From: a virus
Lineage: Duplodnaviria > Caudoviricetes
Virus record (IMG/VR): IMGVR_UViG_3300022670_001120
Span: 1-42,099 of that record
DNA: 42,099 bases
Reading direction: 5' to 3' (one strand)
Part shown: positions 1 through 10,501 of the stretch, one piece after another
How positions within the stretch are numbered: position 1 is the stretch's first letter
Layout of the letters: every line of letters begins with the position of its first letter
The notes under the pieces: generated by a model
The model's database searches: none
Seen by the model: only the letters and a program-made list of their open reading frames with translations
What the model was told of the DNA's origin: nothing
Position numbers and translations under genes: made by a program

Positions 1-151
1 TGTAATCACACCCCTGCGGACTGGGAGGCTCATGTTGGGAGTATAGCCCACAGAGGCATGGTAATCGCCTATTTTTTAAAAATTGATCAAAAATAGATTA
101 CCTCTACATTTTTTTTAATAAAAAAGAATAGATTTGAAACTGTAAAAAATT

Positions 152-229
152 CTACAGTGATAGAAGTGAAACTGCTATTGCTATAATGATACCAGCCCAC
201 GTTGGAATATGCAAGTAATTTTGATTCAT
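152..229 (-). CDS. 25-aa hydrophobic microprotein (MNQNYLHIPTWAGIIIAIAVSLLSL)
   Basis: Hand translation; single TM-like stretch; TAGTTCTCT motif 30 nt upstream. Confidence 0.45.
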   Translation of the reverse strand: MNQNYLHIPTWAGIIIAIAVSLLSL

Positions 230-264
230 TGTGATGAGTTAGAGATTATCACTCCTTTAGAGAA

Positions 265-411
265 CTAAGTTTCTATGTTCTGTATCTTATCAGGTGCATT
301 CCAGGTTGCAATTAATAGGAATACAGCATTACAGTTCTTACAATGTATCTTATCATCTGTTTGTTTCTCTAATTTCTCAGAGCCACAATTGTTACATGTT
401 ATTAATGACAA
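265..411 (-). CDS. 48-aa Zn-ribbon microprotein (CNNC...CKNC)
   Basis: Hand translation from TTG; two CxxC pairs; overlaps the end of 402..554. Confidence 0.65.
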   Translation of the reverse strand: MSLITCNNCGSEKLEKQTDDKIHCKNCNAVFLLIATWNAPDKIQNIET

Positions 412-554
412 AAGCACTCACATATTTTATTGAACCCGTTTTTTTCTTTGTATGTTTTTGACATTCCGTATATTCTCAAACATGTATTATGATGAGATTG
501 TTTGCAATGAGATGATATTTTTGTACCAGGTTTGTTCTTTAATGGACGGCTCAC
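402..554 (-). CDS. 50-aa Cys/His metal-binding microprotein
   Basis: Hand translation from GTG (HCKQSHHNTC...CECFCH); TAGTTCTCT motif 28 nt upstream. Confidence 0.6.
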   Translation of the reverse strand: MSRPLKNKPGTKISSHCKQSHHNTCLRIYGMSKTYKEKNGFNKICECFCH

Positions 555-683
555 ATCTGTATAATTCAAAAATACGGATAAAGAGAACTATTGCCCCCGC
601 GTATGAAAACCCAAAACACGAAAAGCATCCAAAGAGTGCGGGAGCGATAATATGAGTAAAATTAATAGTAAAAAAAGAAGTAG

Positions 684-1001
684 TTACACTTTCTTTGCTT
701 TGCCTCTATTGGCTTTGGCTTGAGCATCTTTCTCTTGAGATTCTATAGTAATTTTTAGTTCAGGATGTGCGTTGTAGCATTTTTCAAGTTTTTCAGTTAA
801 TTCCACGATTTGCTTGTCTCTTTGTGCTACTTGTTGAAATATCTGACCAGTCATGTTCATTACTTGCTCTAGTGTTTGAGTCATGGCATCTGCTGTCATT
901 TGAGATGTTTCACCTGCTGTTTGGGATATTCTTCTCTTTAGACCACCCATATTTTGGGAGAATAGTTGTGGTGTTATCTCTTGGAGTGTTTGTGGATGCA
1001 T
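684..1001 (-). CDS. Coiled-coil protein, possible fibre chaperone
   Basis: Gln-rich helical ORF after the tail fibre; upstream motif at 1027. Confidence 0.6.
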   Translation of the reverse strand: MHPQTLQEITPQLFSQNMGGLKRRISQTAGETSQMTADAMTQTLEQVMNMTGQIFQQVAQRDKQIVELTEKLEKCYNAHPELKITIESQEKDAQAKANRGKAKKV

Positions 1002-1032
1002 ATCGTACTTTTCAAATGTACATATTAGAGAA

Positions 1033-3555
1033 CTATACGTTTGTGTTAATTATTCCATAATTTCTAAGAACTTGAAGAAGAGCTGATAAATCAGTTACAA
1101 GAGTTGTAACAGTAGTCCCAGTCAAATTAGATGTTTGTTTGGTTACTGGAGTAGTACCAAAGAATCCTATTGTTGAACCATCATGATTTAATGCACCATC
1201 AATCTCGATATTATCAACATCAATATCATCAACATTAATGATATCTCCTCCAACCATATTAATTCGAGAACCTGATCCAACAAAGGTCAAATCATCAACG
1301 CCAATTATATCGCCTGAACTCATCTGTAAATTAGAAGCTGAATTCTGCATTGTCAGATCACCTATACCCACTAAATTATTCCCCTCAAAATCAATCTCTG
1401 TACTTCTGATTGTCATTTGCGGAGTGAATCCAATCTCAAACTCGTGAATGTCTCCAAGTGCTACGTTGTAAGTCATTCCTGCTGTACTACCAATTATGGT
1501 ATTACCTGCATTGTCAAGGGTTATTCTATCTGTAAATGTATTAGCCCAAAATAATGTAGAACCACCAAGTAAGAATACACCACTTGCAGCAGGTTCTGCA
1601 TCTCCTAATCCTGAGATTTTATTTGATCCAAATGTGACTGACTGTTGAATTGAGAAATTACTGACATTTTTAGTAGATACAACTGTTCCATCAATGATAT
1701 CAGTGATTGATCCTACTCCTGAATCAAGTACAGTAACTGAACTATTACCCTGAGAAATTGCATTACCTGCTGTTCCAATATCGGATATATTTCGAACAAT
1801 TCCTCCAGAAAATATCAATACATCTGTTCCATCACTCCTAATCTCTCCAACAAACAAAGGAGTGGTAACACTTACTCCAAGCTGTAAGACATCTTCAGCA
1901 TTTACACTATTAGCGGTAACCGCTCCAAATCCTGAGGGATTAATCCTAACACCTCCTCCTGCATTATTTTCCTCAAAGGAGAATAATTTCCCAGTTGGTA
2001 CTTGGAATCGTAAAGTATTCTGGGATGCATCAAAACCAAATCCAGCGCTAGCACCAGGAAATGCATATGTTGTACCAATATCCAGACGAAAGTCTTTGAC
2101 ATTTTGTATGGTATTGGCTTTCATATCTAGACGTAAAATGGAACTTCCAGCGTCAATGAATGAGCCAGCATCAGCACCTCCGATTACAAATTGATGATCA
2201 GTTCCTAAACCAACCTGATACACTAGAGATGATGCCAAAGAGTTGATACTCTGATTGGCCTGGAAAAATGCAATATTAGTTACTCCCTGGATTGTAGCTG
2301 CAACACCATCCATGTCAATATTTGTAACACCTAGAATGTCATTTTGATTCATGTTGAGTGGAACAGTTGGAACAGTAGGAGATGTCATGTTTGAGAGGTC
2401 CTGATTTAGTCCCCCTCCTCCTGGAGCTTGATTCACCCATAGAGCACCATCAAAGGTCAGCACTTGATCAAGTAGTGGTGTGCTTATTGCAACATCTGTT
2501 AATTCATCAAGTGTAGTAGCTCCACCCCCAGAACCTCCTCCAGATTCTTGTTTAATCAAATAAAATCCACATTCTTGGAATGTGAATGTAACAGGTACTC
2601 CTTTATCATGTGATATTTCGATTTCCAAAACATCATTGGTTGTAAAATCAGATGGGGCAGTAGGGTATAGTCCACTATTATCTCCAAAACCTCGGAGGAA
2701 AACACTATTGACATTTGTAAGGGGAACACCATTCACAACTAATGCAAAGTCAGCAGTAGTGTTATTGGAATCAGCTGAGAGAGTTAGATTAAGACCAAAG
2801 ATATATCGTCCACTTTCTAAAACTGTTATTGTATTATTTGTGGTACTTACTGCAACGCCATCTGCGAGTACTGTAATATTAAAGACATCAAGAGTGACTG
2901 AACTAGCTGCTGGAACAACTTGGGTACTTCCAGTTGTGGTAAGCATAAAACCAGTCTTTGCATTAGTTACAGCTCCAGCTCCACCAGGACCTGATATTAG
3001 TCGCCATGCTCCCTGAATGTTTACATTTCCAGTAGATGCAGTAACATCAAAGATTAGTGTAAGAATATCTCCAAAGTTTGCAATTAAATCAACACCTGTT
3101 CCTGTTAGAATATTTCCAGAGTTTGATGCAGTTCCATTAATAATTGTGGTATCTCCAGGAGCAGTCATTTGTAGATATAGTAATTGACCAGCAAAGTTAG
3201 CTCCAAGGATTGTAGCTAATGATTCAGGAGTATCTGTTCCAGTTAATATGTAAGTTGAATAATCTAGTCCCTGAGAGTTTATGTCAATGGATGGATTTAG
3301 AGAATCTGTCTTGTCTATGGTTGCAACTCTAGGAAAGAATCCTATTGGTCCAACCATAGTATCGCCTTGAGGTTGGAGAAAATTTCCAGTACTCCCTGAT
3401 CCTTGTCCAGATGGAGGGGTATTTGCTCCTCCTGATGGTGGTTGTATTACTCTGGGAATTATCCTGTGACGATTTAATCCCCTGATGTTTAGTTCTCCTC
3501 TTGCATTACTAATTAGAGTGTCAGTCTTTGTTGCACGTCTTGTTGGTTTGGTCAT
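1033..3555 (-). CDS. Tail fibre / receptor-binding protein
   Basis: 840 aa, G/T/S-rich, LDELTDV repeat, C-terminal GFFGTTPV motif, last large gene of the tail module. Confidence 0.75.
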   Translation of the reverse strand: MTKPTRRATKTDTLISNARGELNIRGLNRHRIIPRVIQPPSGGANTPPSGQGSGSTGNFLQPQGDTMVGPIGFFPRVATIDKTDSLNPSIDINSQGLDYSTYILTGTDTPESLATILGANFAGQLLYLQMTAPGDTTIINGTASNSGNILTGTGVDLIANFGDILTLIFDVTASTGNVNIQGAWRLISGPGGAGAVTNAKTGFMLTTTGSTQVVPAASSVTLDVFNITVLADGVAVSTTNNTITVLESGRYIFGLNLTLSADSNNTTADFALVVNGVPLTNVNSVFLRGFGDNSGLYPTAPSDFTTNDVLEIEISHDKGVPVTFTFQECGFYLIKQESGGGSGGGATTLDELTDVAISTPLLDQVLTFDGALWVNQAPGGGGLNQDLSNMTSPTVPTVPLNMNQNDILGVTNIDMDGVAATIQGVTNIAFFQANQSINSLASSLVYQVGLGTDHQFVIGGADAGSFIDAGSSILRLDMKANTIQNVKDFRLDIGTTYAFPGASAGFGFDASQNTLRFQVPTGKLFSFEENNAGGGVRINPSGFGAVTANSVNAEDVLQLGVSVTTPLFVGEIRSDGTDVLIFSGGIVRNISDIGTAGNAISQGNSSVTVLDSGVGSITDIIDGTVVSTKNVSNFSIQQSVTFGSNKISGLGDAEPAASGVFLLGGSTLFWANTFTDRITLDNAGNTIIGSTAGMTYNVALGDIHEFEIGFTPQMTIRSTEIDFEGNNLVGIGDLTMQNSASNLQMSSGDIIGVDDLTFVGSGSRINMVGGDIINVDDIDVDNIEIDGALNHDGSTIGFFGTTPVTKQTSNLTGTTVTTLVTDLSALLQVLRNYGIINTNV

Positions 3556-6281
3556 TCTTCAATTCTCCTAGCACCTTCTATGGTTCTAAGAAATCCACCA
3601 GGTCCAGTTGGTGGTTTGTCAATGACAAAGTTGATTCTTTTTGCTACAAGCTTAATGGTATTTGGAACAAATCCTCCTCCACCGTCTGGCTTGTCTGCAT
3701 CATTAATTATGTCCTCATTGAGCAAAAAGAAAGACTGCCCATAATCAATATCGAACAATCCTTCAGTAACAGTATCATATCTTTTCTGCTGGAAATTATT
3801 AAGTTCAAACTTTGCCAGGTTTGCCTGGTCAAGCTGAATCTTATTACTGATTAATGGCTCATCAAAGAATCTTGGCTGGATTGCTCTTCCACTTGTATTA
3901 GGATCAGACAGTGATAAAGCAGCCTTTGCCCATTGGAAAGAGTCTATACTCCACTTTATGTTGTATCCATCTACGAAAGCTCCAGTAGCCAATTCTATGA
4001 GATCAGGAATAAATGATACTGTAAACAAGTCAACAGGATTATATCTTCCTTGATCATCGTATGGGCCGAGCCACTGAAGTCCTATCTTTTGGATATTATG
4101 ATACTCAAAGACTTGAAGAATTTCTAGCTGCTGTAAGAATACATTGGAAATGATATTTTCAAATCCAATTGGTTTTCTTCCTCTGTATATCTTAAACTCT
4201 GATATAGGTAAGGACATTTGTTGCCATAATCCATTAAATGGAATGTTAAAATCTTGAATAACTACATTGTCAGATGTATCGACCATCCAGCAACGACAAG
4301 CAATATTACCCTGAAAAACTGTCCCTTTAGAACCGTCCTTACCCCTAGTCCATAGGAATTTCGTATGGAAAGCAAGTGCATCAAGTGGTCCTAAATCTTC
4401 GGCATCAACATTATTGAACCCAATTTTTCCATTTGCAGAAAAATGCATGTTGGTCACATCAAAAGTTACTGGCTCAAACTTGACCTGATTGTTCCCATAA
4501 AACTCTCCAAGTGTGTTACTGTTGTGAGAGTTTGGAGGAAATGGAGCTCTGAAATTAATACAAGCTCCTGCTCTGTAATATTCTGGCTTGTCAAATAGTG
4601 CTGCACCAAGATCACTCCTTGAATATCTAAATTCGTAAGTTACTGCTGAAACTTGTCCATAGTTTCCACCTGCTCCGTTATTGGTATTGTTGTGACCTTG
4701 ATCATTTCCTATATCAAATAATGCATGATAGCAGTCATTCGTTCTACTGTCACCTGAGATGTCATCCCATGAATCATCACTTTGTTTTTGGAATACTCGA
4801 CCCTCGTCATCATCTGCACATAGACCATTCTCGTCTGGATTTCTGAATATGCTAAAGGTTGCAACTCCATCAACACCTGGACTGGAATATTTGATTATTT
4901 GATTTGAAAAATTGGCATAAGAACCAGTCCCTGTACCATTAACTAATACACGGAAACCTCGATAGAATACTCTCCCTGGATATAATAATTGACTTGGAAC
5001 TGTACCGGGGTCTGTCTGTGCAGTATCCACCCAAGTTCTACTTACTGGATTATCTATTATTACCTGATTAGAATCCCATACATTTAGTGAAGTGGAAGTG
5101 GGAGGATCGTCTTGAGTGGTTCCATCGACTTTGGCGCCACATGACTTCCAATCTGAAGCGTTTGCATTAGTCCATCGAGAATAAATTGTAGTTCCATTAT
5201 CGTTTAAAAATTCTGTAAGTGTGAGAAAGTCCCACTCAGAACTCGGAGGGGTATCTGTGGTTTTAGTATTTGCCCTATAATGCTCATTAAATCCATCAAC
5301 TACTGAAATTACAGGTATCTGTACTATACTATCAGCGGGATATGTGGTTCCCGAAACAAAGAAAGGAGTTAATTGAAACACCTCTAGTGCTCCAATGAAT
5401 TGTGCGTTTTGTCGGGGTAAGGTCCCTATTCCATCTGCTCCCCAGGTTCCAGTAACATTTCCTTTGATAGATTCGATTCCTCCTTCTTCTTCTCCGGGAT
5501 TAACTGCAACAGTATCGTCTATTGTGATTGCTTTGGTAGGATCAAAGTCACCATTTGCATCCTGCTGTGATGGTGGATTCCCTGAGATAAATCCCTTGAA
5601 TAATAATTGATTCTGGTCTACTGTATCTGTCTCAAAAAATACCTCAAAAAAGTCTCCAGCTCCGCCAGCAGCTACTGAAGACCCAAGTCTGTCAGAGGTA
5701 ATAGTTAATCCATCATATGCTGATTGTTCTGTTAATTCAAAATGATAGTCATTAGCTGTAAATGTAGGAAAGTCATTTCCTCCCCCTGATGCTGTGTCTG
5801 CATCATTACCAATTACTAATGGTTGTAATCCACCTTTTGAATCTCCGTCATTGTAAAAGTCAATGATATCTCTTGCAACCTCAAAACCACTTGCACCTCC
5901 CTGCAAAAAGAAAGGTTTTGAAAAGTTTACTTTCATTAGTTGGTTTTCTAATCCTAACATCTGCACTTCTAGAACGGTTCCCTGTTGTGCGTTTTGGATT
6001 GGTTTGAGAATATCTACCTCATAAACATGTAATCGAGTTACATTATTTCTGTCAATTACTGCTACTGATATTTTATCAAACTGCTGGAGGATAGGAGTTG
6101 ATTCTCCTGCAAAGCTAGTACTTCTTGTAATGAATTGACCGTCTTGTGCGTTTAATCGTATAGTGCAACTTCTAACTTCACCACTCCCTACTTCATTCCA
6201 TTCTACTCTTTCACAAAAGTTAGTGATGGCAACAGGAGAAACTGTAGGGTCAAATAGAACAATATAGTCAAACTGGGTCAT
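3552..6281 (-). CDS. Large tail-tip / baseplate hub-like protein
   Basis: 909 aa, beta-rich, directly upstream of the fibre; function from synteny. Confidence 0.55.
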   Translation of the reverse strand: MTQFDYIVLFDPTVSPVAITNFCERVEWNEVGSGEVRSCTIRLNAQDGQFITRSTSFAGESTPILQQFDKISVAVIDRNNVTRLHVYEVDILKPIQNAQQGTVLEVQMLGLENQLMKVNFSKPFFLQGGASGFEVARDIIDFYNDGDSKGGLQPLVIGNDADTASGGGNDFPTFTANDYHFELTEQSAYDGLTITSDRLGSSVAAGGAGDFFEVFFETDTVDQNQLLFKGFISGNPPSQQDANGDFDPTKAITIDDTVAVNPGEEEGGIESIKGNVTGTWGADGIGTLPRQNAQFIGALEVFQLTPFFVSGTTYPADSIVQIPVISVVDGFNEHYRANTKTTDTPPSSEWDFLTLTEFLNDNGTTIYSRWTNANASDWKSCGAKVDGTTQDDPPTSTSLNVWDSNQVIIDNPVSRTWVDTAQTDPGTVPSQLLYPGRVFYRGFRVLVNGTGTGSYANFSNQIIKYSSPGVDGVATFSIFRNPDENGLCADDDEGRVFQKQSDDSWDDISGDSRTNDCYHALFDIGNDQGHNNTNNGAGGNYGQVSAVTYEFRYSRSDLGAALFDKPEYYRAGACINFRAPFPPNSHNSNTLGEFYGNNQVKFEPVTFDVTNMHFSANGKIGFNNVDAEDLGPLDALAFHTKFLWTRGKDGSKGTVFQGNIACRCWMVDTSDNVVIQDFNIPFNGLWQQMSLPISEFKIYRGRKPIGFENIISNVFLQQLEILQVFEYHNIQKIGLQWLGPYDDQGRYNPVDLFTVSFIPDLIELATGAFVDGYNIKWSIDSFQWAKAALSLSDPNTSGRAIQPRFFDEPLISNKIQLDQANLAKFELNNFQQKRYDTVTEGLFDIDYGQSFFLLNEDIINDADKPDGGGGFVPNTIKLVAKRINFVIDKPPTGPGGFLRTIEGARRIEE

Positions 6282-6793
6282 GCAATAACAGAAATATCTC
6301 CATTACGATACAGCTGTGCTCTGAATACTACCTCGTCTCGAGGATCTTCAACATCATCAACTTCTACGTCATAGAGAATATAGCCAGTTGTAAGAGTGGG
6401 AGTAAGATTGAGTAGACCAACTCCTCCAGTTGCTGCAAATCCGTTTAGTTGTAAACCGAATCTCCCAAAAGGAAAGTTCGAGTTTGTTGCAGGATCAACT
6501 TGCCAGTTGAATAGATTCTTAGGTCCAAGTGTTACTGAGTGCTGTACAAAGTATCCATTCAATGTGACATCAAGTAATCCAAGCAAAGAGTCTTGGACCT
6601 GGTCTAATGCTCGTCTTGGGTTTGGATGGATATTGACATCCCTCGACATTCTGAATTTGTTAGCAATTAATCGTCCTGTATCATCAGGTGATGTTCCAAG
6701 ATTGAATTCAATCTTTTCAGTTGCAGGTATTGTTCCAAGTGTATCTCCAGGATTTGTAAATCTAAATAAGATTGCATCAAGGACTGCACTCAT
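6278..6793 (-). CDS. Putative tail protein (distal-tail position)
   Basis: Translationally coupled in the tail operon. Confidence 0.45.
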   Translation of the reverse strand: MSAVLDAILFRFTNPGDTLGTIPATEKIEFNLGTSPDDTGRLIANKFRMSRDVNIHPNPRRALDQVQDSLLGLLDVTLNGYFVQHSVTLGPKNLFNWQVDPATNSNFPFGRFGLQLNGFAATGGVGLLNLTPTLTTGYILYDVEVDDVEDPRDEVVFRAQLYRNGDISVIA

Positions 6794-7458
6794 TGGAATA
6801 ACTCCTTTGAATGATCTAGGATGTCAATTTGAGCAAGTCTGTTCCCATCAACTCCACCATCCCTAATTTGTCGTATGGTATTTTCATTTCCTCCAGCTCC
6901 ATTTTTCTGGATGAATCCTGCTCTACTCTGAATGATTACCTGACGTAATCCAATCTGAGTATTTCGTTGAGTTTGCCTGTCAAGGAATCCATTGACCTCT
7001 CTATCAATGATTCTTTTCCATCTTAAATCTAGTATAGAACCATCTTTTGTTATTTCTTTGAAAATTATTGGAATCAATGCTGTTGCAAGTGCAACAAGTG
7101 CAGCATGTGGAATTGGTATTCCCTTTATTGCACCAGAAATTGCACCTAGAGGGTCTTTTGTAGAACCCACTCCTTTGAGTACGTTGGATTTTATTTTTGA
7201 TTCAATGTCTGTTCCTTCTGATAATCCATCACTACCCACAGATGTTTCTGATTCGCCTTGACGAACCTCTATCATCTGGATTTGTATTTCTTCTCTTATT
7301 ACACGGACTACTTCTGAGCGAAACGTCTCATCAAGAAATGATGGCGCTACTGGAATGATTTCTTTTACATAGTTTGTATGTTCAGGATTTGCAGAAGTAA
7401 TACCCACATTATCTAGCATCCTCTCAACAAAGTCGCGTACTATACCGCCAAAAGTCAA
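6790..7458 (-). CDS. Virion protein in tape-measure position (short, one hydrophobic helix)
   Basis: 222 aa with AALVALATALIPIIF segment; synteny only. Confidence 0.35.
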   Translation of the reverse strand: MTFGGIVRDFVERMLDNVGITSANPEHTNYVKEIIPVAPSFLDETFRSEVVRVIREEIQIQMIEVRQGESETSVGSDGLSEGTDIESKIKSNVLKGVGSTKDPLGAISGAIKGIPIPHAALVALATALIPIIFKEITKDGSILDLRWKRIIDREVNGFLDRQTQRNTQIGLRQVIIQSRAGFIQKNGAGGNENTIRQIRDGGVDGNRLAQIDILDHSKELFQ

Positions 7459-7895
7459 AAGGATAACACCCCAATGTTTTGCTCTGTTACAAACTCTAAT
7501 CGTATGGATAACTGAACAGCTCCTAATCCTGAATCTAAAATTTTAAATTCTTTCATAATTGCATCACCTGAAAGAATAGTTGTCCTGTTTGATTGGTCAG
7601 TAATTGAGACAGACCAGTTCTTTGTTGTTAATTGAGCAGATACAGGAATGGCAAGATTAACTAATGCTGCAAGTTCTGGTTGCGTTACCATCATGAGAAT
7701 ATCAAATGCTGCATTTGTAAGGGAGAAAGTCTTGTCAACTGTATCATTAGTTAATTGATGAAAGTTCATGTTGTGGTCTACATCAGCAGGAGCTACAGAG
7801 AGTACTTGATCATAAATTAAGCCATCAGTAGTATTTTCAACTTCTAATCCTTGTGTATCTACAAAGCCTGACTCATCACCCACTCTAGTACTCAT
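7455..7895 (-). CDS. Putative tail tube-like protein
   Basis: 146 aa, beta-rich, in the tail operon. Confidence 0.4.
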   Translation of the reverse strand: MSTRVGDESGFVDTQGLEVENTTDGLIYDQVLSVAPADVDHNMNFHQLTNDTVDKTFSLTNAAFDILMMVTQPELAALVNLAIPVSAQLTTKNWSVSITDQSNRTTILSGDAIMKEFKILDSGLGAVQLSIRLEFVTEQNIGVLSF

Positions 7896-8860
7896 GCGAT
7901 TATTGCCTCCGTTGGTTTGAAGAGAGTCCCAGTGAGTCGAAATGATATTAGTTGCTCGTCACCGTTCAGTTTGTCTATTCTACTAATTTTCGTAAATGAT
8001 TTTGTAGTGAATGTTCCTGTTGGATTTTCTTTGTTGTTGGTGGTGTTTAGCATTACTGCTTTGATGTTCTGTCCAATGAGTGGAGAGAGTGATTGTATCT
8101 TGAAAATATTGTAAATCTTTTCTGCTGTTGTTCCTTCAATGTCGGATTTTTTTGCCATTAAAGTGGCTGAAAATATTCCACTGTACAGTCCTCTCTGAAA
8201 GTAAGGAATTCCCCTACCATTGGTTAGTACGTCTTTTGTAAGGTATGGAATCTGATTGAATCCCTCACTTAGTGTGACGTTTAGTAGTTCGGTATATTCA
8301 TAGTCTAATGCGGGAAGACTATCTCCTGCACTATCAGAGATGTCAAAGACTAACACAGCTCCAAATCCCGTGAATACCTCAGGATTCTCAGAGGTGAGAT
8401 TATTCAGAGAGATGAAGAATTTTCGTTCTAGCTGTGGTTGTGCCTGGTCTACCATGTCAAAATTCTTCCAATTTGTATTTTTTAGAAAGAATGGGCCCGT
8501 AGTGGTTGTAGGATTAAAAGTTAAACTAATAATCCTCTGTACCTCTGTTGCCATTAATTCTACATCATTTAGTGCATCAGAGAATGTTGGCTGTTGTACA
8601 TCAACTACTCTATAGAAAAGAGTAATGACATACTTGTCAGTATGTTCTGTAAAGTTTGGATGAACAATTAGATCCTCTTGTTCTGTTGCGTTTATTTTTT
8701 CTACAGTAATTACTTTAGTTTGCTCGTTTCCTTCTACTTGTTTTCTGTCAATAAAATAAACAATCTCTTTCATGTTGTCTGTTGGAGTTTTTGATAAATT
8801 ACCAGTCAAAGACCACTCATCAAAGAGTAGGTCACGAATTGTTTCTGCTTGACTTGTCAA
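7892..8860 (-). CDS. Putative tail completion/terminator-like protein (probably two domains)
   Basis: Follows the head-tail connector; 322 aa. Confidence 0.4.
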   Translation of the reverse strand: MTSQAETIRDLLFDEWSLTGNLSKTPTDNMKEIVYFIDRKQVEGNEQTKVITVEKINATEQEDLIVHPNFTEHTDKYVITLFYRVVDVQQPTFSDALNDVELMATEVQRIISLTFNPTTTTGPFFLKNTNWKNFDMVDQAQPQLERKFFISLNNLTSENPEVFTGFGAVLVFDISDSAGDSLPALDYEYTELLNVTLSEGFNQIPYLTKDVLTNGRGIPYFQRGLYSGIFSATLMAKKSDIEGTTAEKIYNIFKIQSLSPLIGQNIKAVMLNTTNNKENPTGTFTTKSFTKISRIDKLNGDEQLISFRLTGTLFKPTEAIIA

Positions 8861-9255
8861 GTTCCGTTATTTACTGAACTAGTAAACCCCGAAGTTGTAC
8901 CGAATGTCTTGCCACCAGCTAGTAGATTAGGATTCTTTCTGCCATATACTGCTAAGATGTGCTCTTGAATTGCTTTCTTCCATTCGTTTTGTGCATCAAG
9001 ATTCCTATCTTTAATTGGTGTCTGCCAATAATTGTAAAGAGTACAAGCAAGTGAGGATGCCAATGATATTATCTCAGGGTCAGGATCAGTTAGGGGGGTT
9101 ATTGCGTGGAGATTAATCTGAGTATTAACATAATTGTCAGCTTCTCTCATGTTGTCTGATATTTTTTCATTAGGAGCAGTGATACTTGCTGAAATGTTTA
9201 ATCTCCTTTTACATTCGGTAAGGTTTGCATAACCTGGCTGTGCTTCACTACTCAT
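8857..9255 (-). CDS. Head-tail connector/adaptor
   Basis: N-terminal YANLTECKRRL...EADNYVN pattern typical of gp6/gp15-type adaptors. Confidence 0.65.
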   Translation of the reverse strand: MSSEAQPGYANLTECKRRLNISASITAPNEKISDNMREADNYVNTQINLHAITPLTDPDPEIISLASSLACTLYNYWQTPIKDRNLDAQNEWKKAIQEHILAVYGRKNPNLLAGGKTFGTTSGFTSSVNNGT

Positions 9256-9581
9256 GATGACAAACTCCTAATCACTCGAAGATCCAAGATGAAAGATTTT
9301 ACTAAAGAAGTAGTTTGGATTTCTATCTGTGCTGAATAGATATCTGCACTTTGTGGCATGAATGTATTTTGAACTACTAGTCTTGCAGTACCATCAACTG
9401 GATCTCCTAGGATTGCCATGTCAGTGCCGCCAGTAGGAAAGTCTGTTACACCGTCAGTACTTTTGATAAACATTGTAATAGTTGCGCCAGTGAGGTCTAG
9501 GGGTTCTTTTGTATTTCTGTCATTAATTTGAAAATCCTGATTGAATCCCCCCTCCCCTACGATGTATACCCAGTCACTCAT
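9252..9581 (-). CDS. BppU-N-like Ig-fold virion protein
   Basis: PLDLTGATITMFIK...YSAQIEI pattern. Confidence 0.55.
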   Translation of the reverse strand: MSDWVYIVGEGGFNQDFQINDRNTKEPLDLTGATITMFIKSTDGVTDFPTGGTDMAILGDPVDGTARLVVQNTFMPQSADIYSAQIEIQTTSLVKSFILDLRVIRSLSS

Positions 9582-9769
9582 GAGACCATCCTGGGGATTA
9601 CTTCATTCCCGTGTACTAGGGAGGTAATTTGCTCATTTCCATGAACAAAAACAGTAATGAATGCTTGGCCTACTGGTTCAACTAGTTCAGTATCAAATAT
9701 GGCATCATCAAATATTGTAGTGGTACTTACTGGAGATTCTCCATCAAAAATTCCACGTTCAGATGACAC
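9578..9769 (-). CDS. Small virion-associated protein
   Basis: GTG start 27 nt below the upstream motif; coupled to the next gene. Confidence 0.5.
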   Translation of the reverse strand: MSSERGIFDGESPVSTTTIFDDAIFDTELVEPVGQAFITVFVHGNEQITSLVHGNEVIPRMVS

Positions 9770-9788
9770 GAATTATTTTATGTTTAAT

Positions 9789-10016
9789 TTATTTTAGAGA
9801 ACTATTCCTTCTTTCACTTCTTAAGGTGTGATAACCTTTAGAGTCTGTCCAGGTTATTAGATGAATCCAGTTCCAGCATTCCTCACAATACACTCCTCTT
9901 TCATTTCGATTATTCTGATATTCATCTACTCTAAGTTCTGCTACACCACAACGGTCGCAAATATATTTTTGAGCATCATTAATGTTTGAATAGTATTCAG
10001 TGATTAATTCCATCAA
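9789..10016 (-). CDS. Small Zn-finger protein
   Basis: CDRC...CEEC. Confidence 0.6.
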   Translation of the reverse strand: MMELITEYYSNINDAQKYICDRCGVAELRVDEYQNNRNERGVYCEECWNWIHLITWTDSKGYHTLRSERRNSSLK

Positions 10017-10501
10017 TCAGTTCCTAATGCACTAAGGTTTGTATCAGTATCGTAGTCACCAACATTATCATTAAGCAAATCAAATCTAGTGATGTCTGCA
10101 TCTGGACTTGGAACAAATTTATTCACATATTCTAATCTACTTGGAGGAGTCGCGGCACCAGCTGCTACTTGTTCAATAAGAAATCCAATACCTAATTTTT
10201 CTTCACCTGATACACTTAGAGTATACATTATATGGAAAAAATCAGTATTTCTAGAATTAAACCATAAATCAAGAAAAGTTCTTGATACCACATTACTATC
10301 TGTATTACCATCATCAGATCTTCTTGTTGCATATACAGAATTTGAGTTACTATTGAAAGTACCCTTAACATTGACTACACCTCCAGCAGGTAAAAGATTA
10401 TCCATAAACATATTGAATTTTTTTGCTTCCAAATTTGAAATAGATAAAAGATCTCCAGCACTTGTTAATGTGTCAGGTGTTCCATTCGTTTGCCAAGCCA
10501 T
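10013..10501 (-). CDS. Virion beta-sandwich/adhesin-like protein (one domain)
   Basis: Similar to both halves of 10501..11544 (YATRRS, EEKLG, AGAATPPSRLE). Confidence 0.6.
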   Translation of the reverse strand: MAWQTNGTPDTLTSAGDLLSISNLEAKKFNMFMDNLLPAGGVVNVKGTFNSNSNSVYATRRSDDGNTDSNVVSRTFLDLWFNSRNTDFFHIMYTLSVSGEEKLGIGFLIEQVAAGAATPPSRLEYVNKFVPSPDADITRFDLLNDNVGDYDTDTNLSALGTD

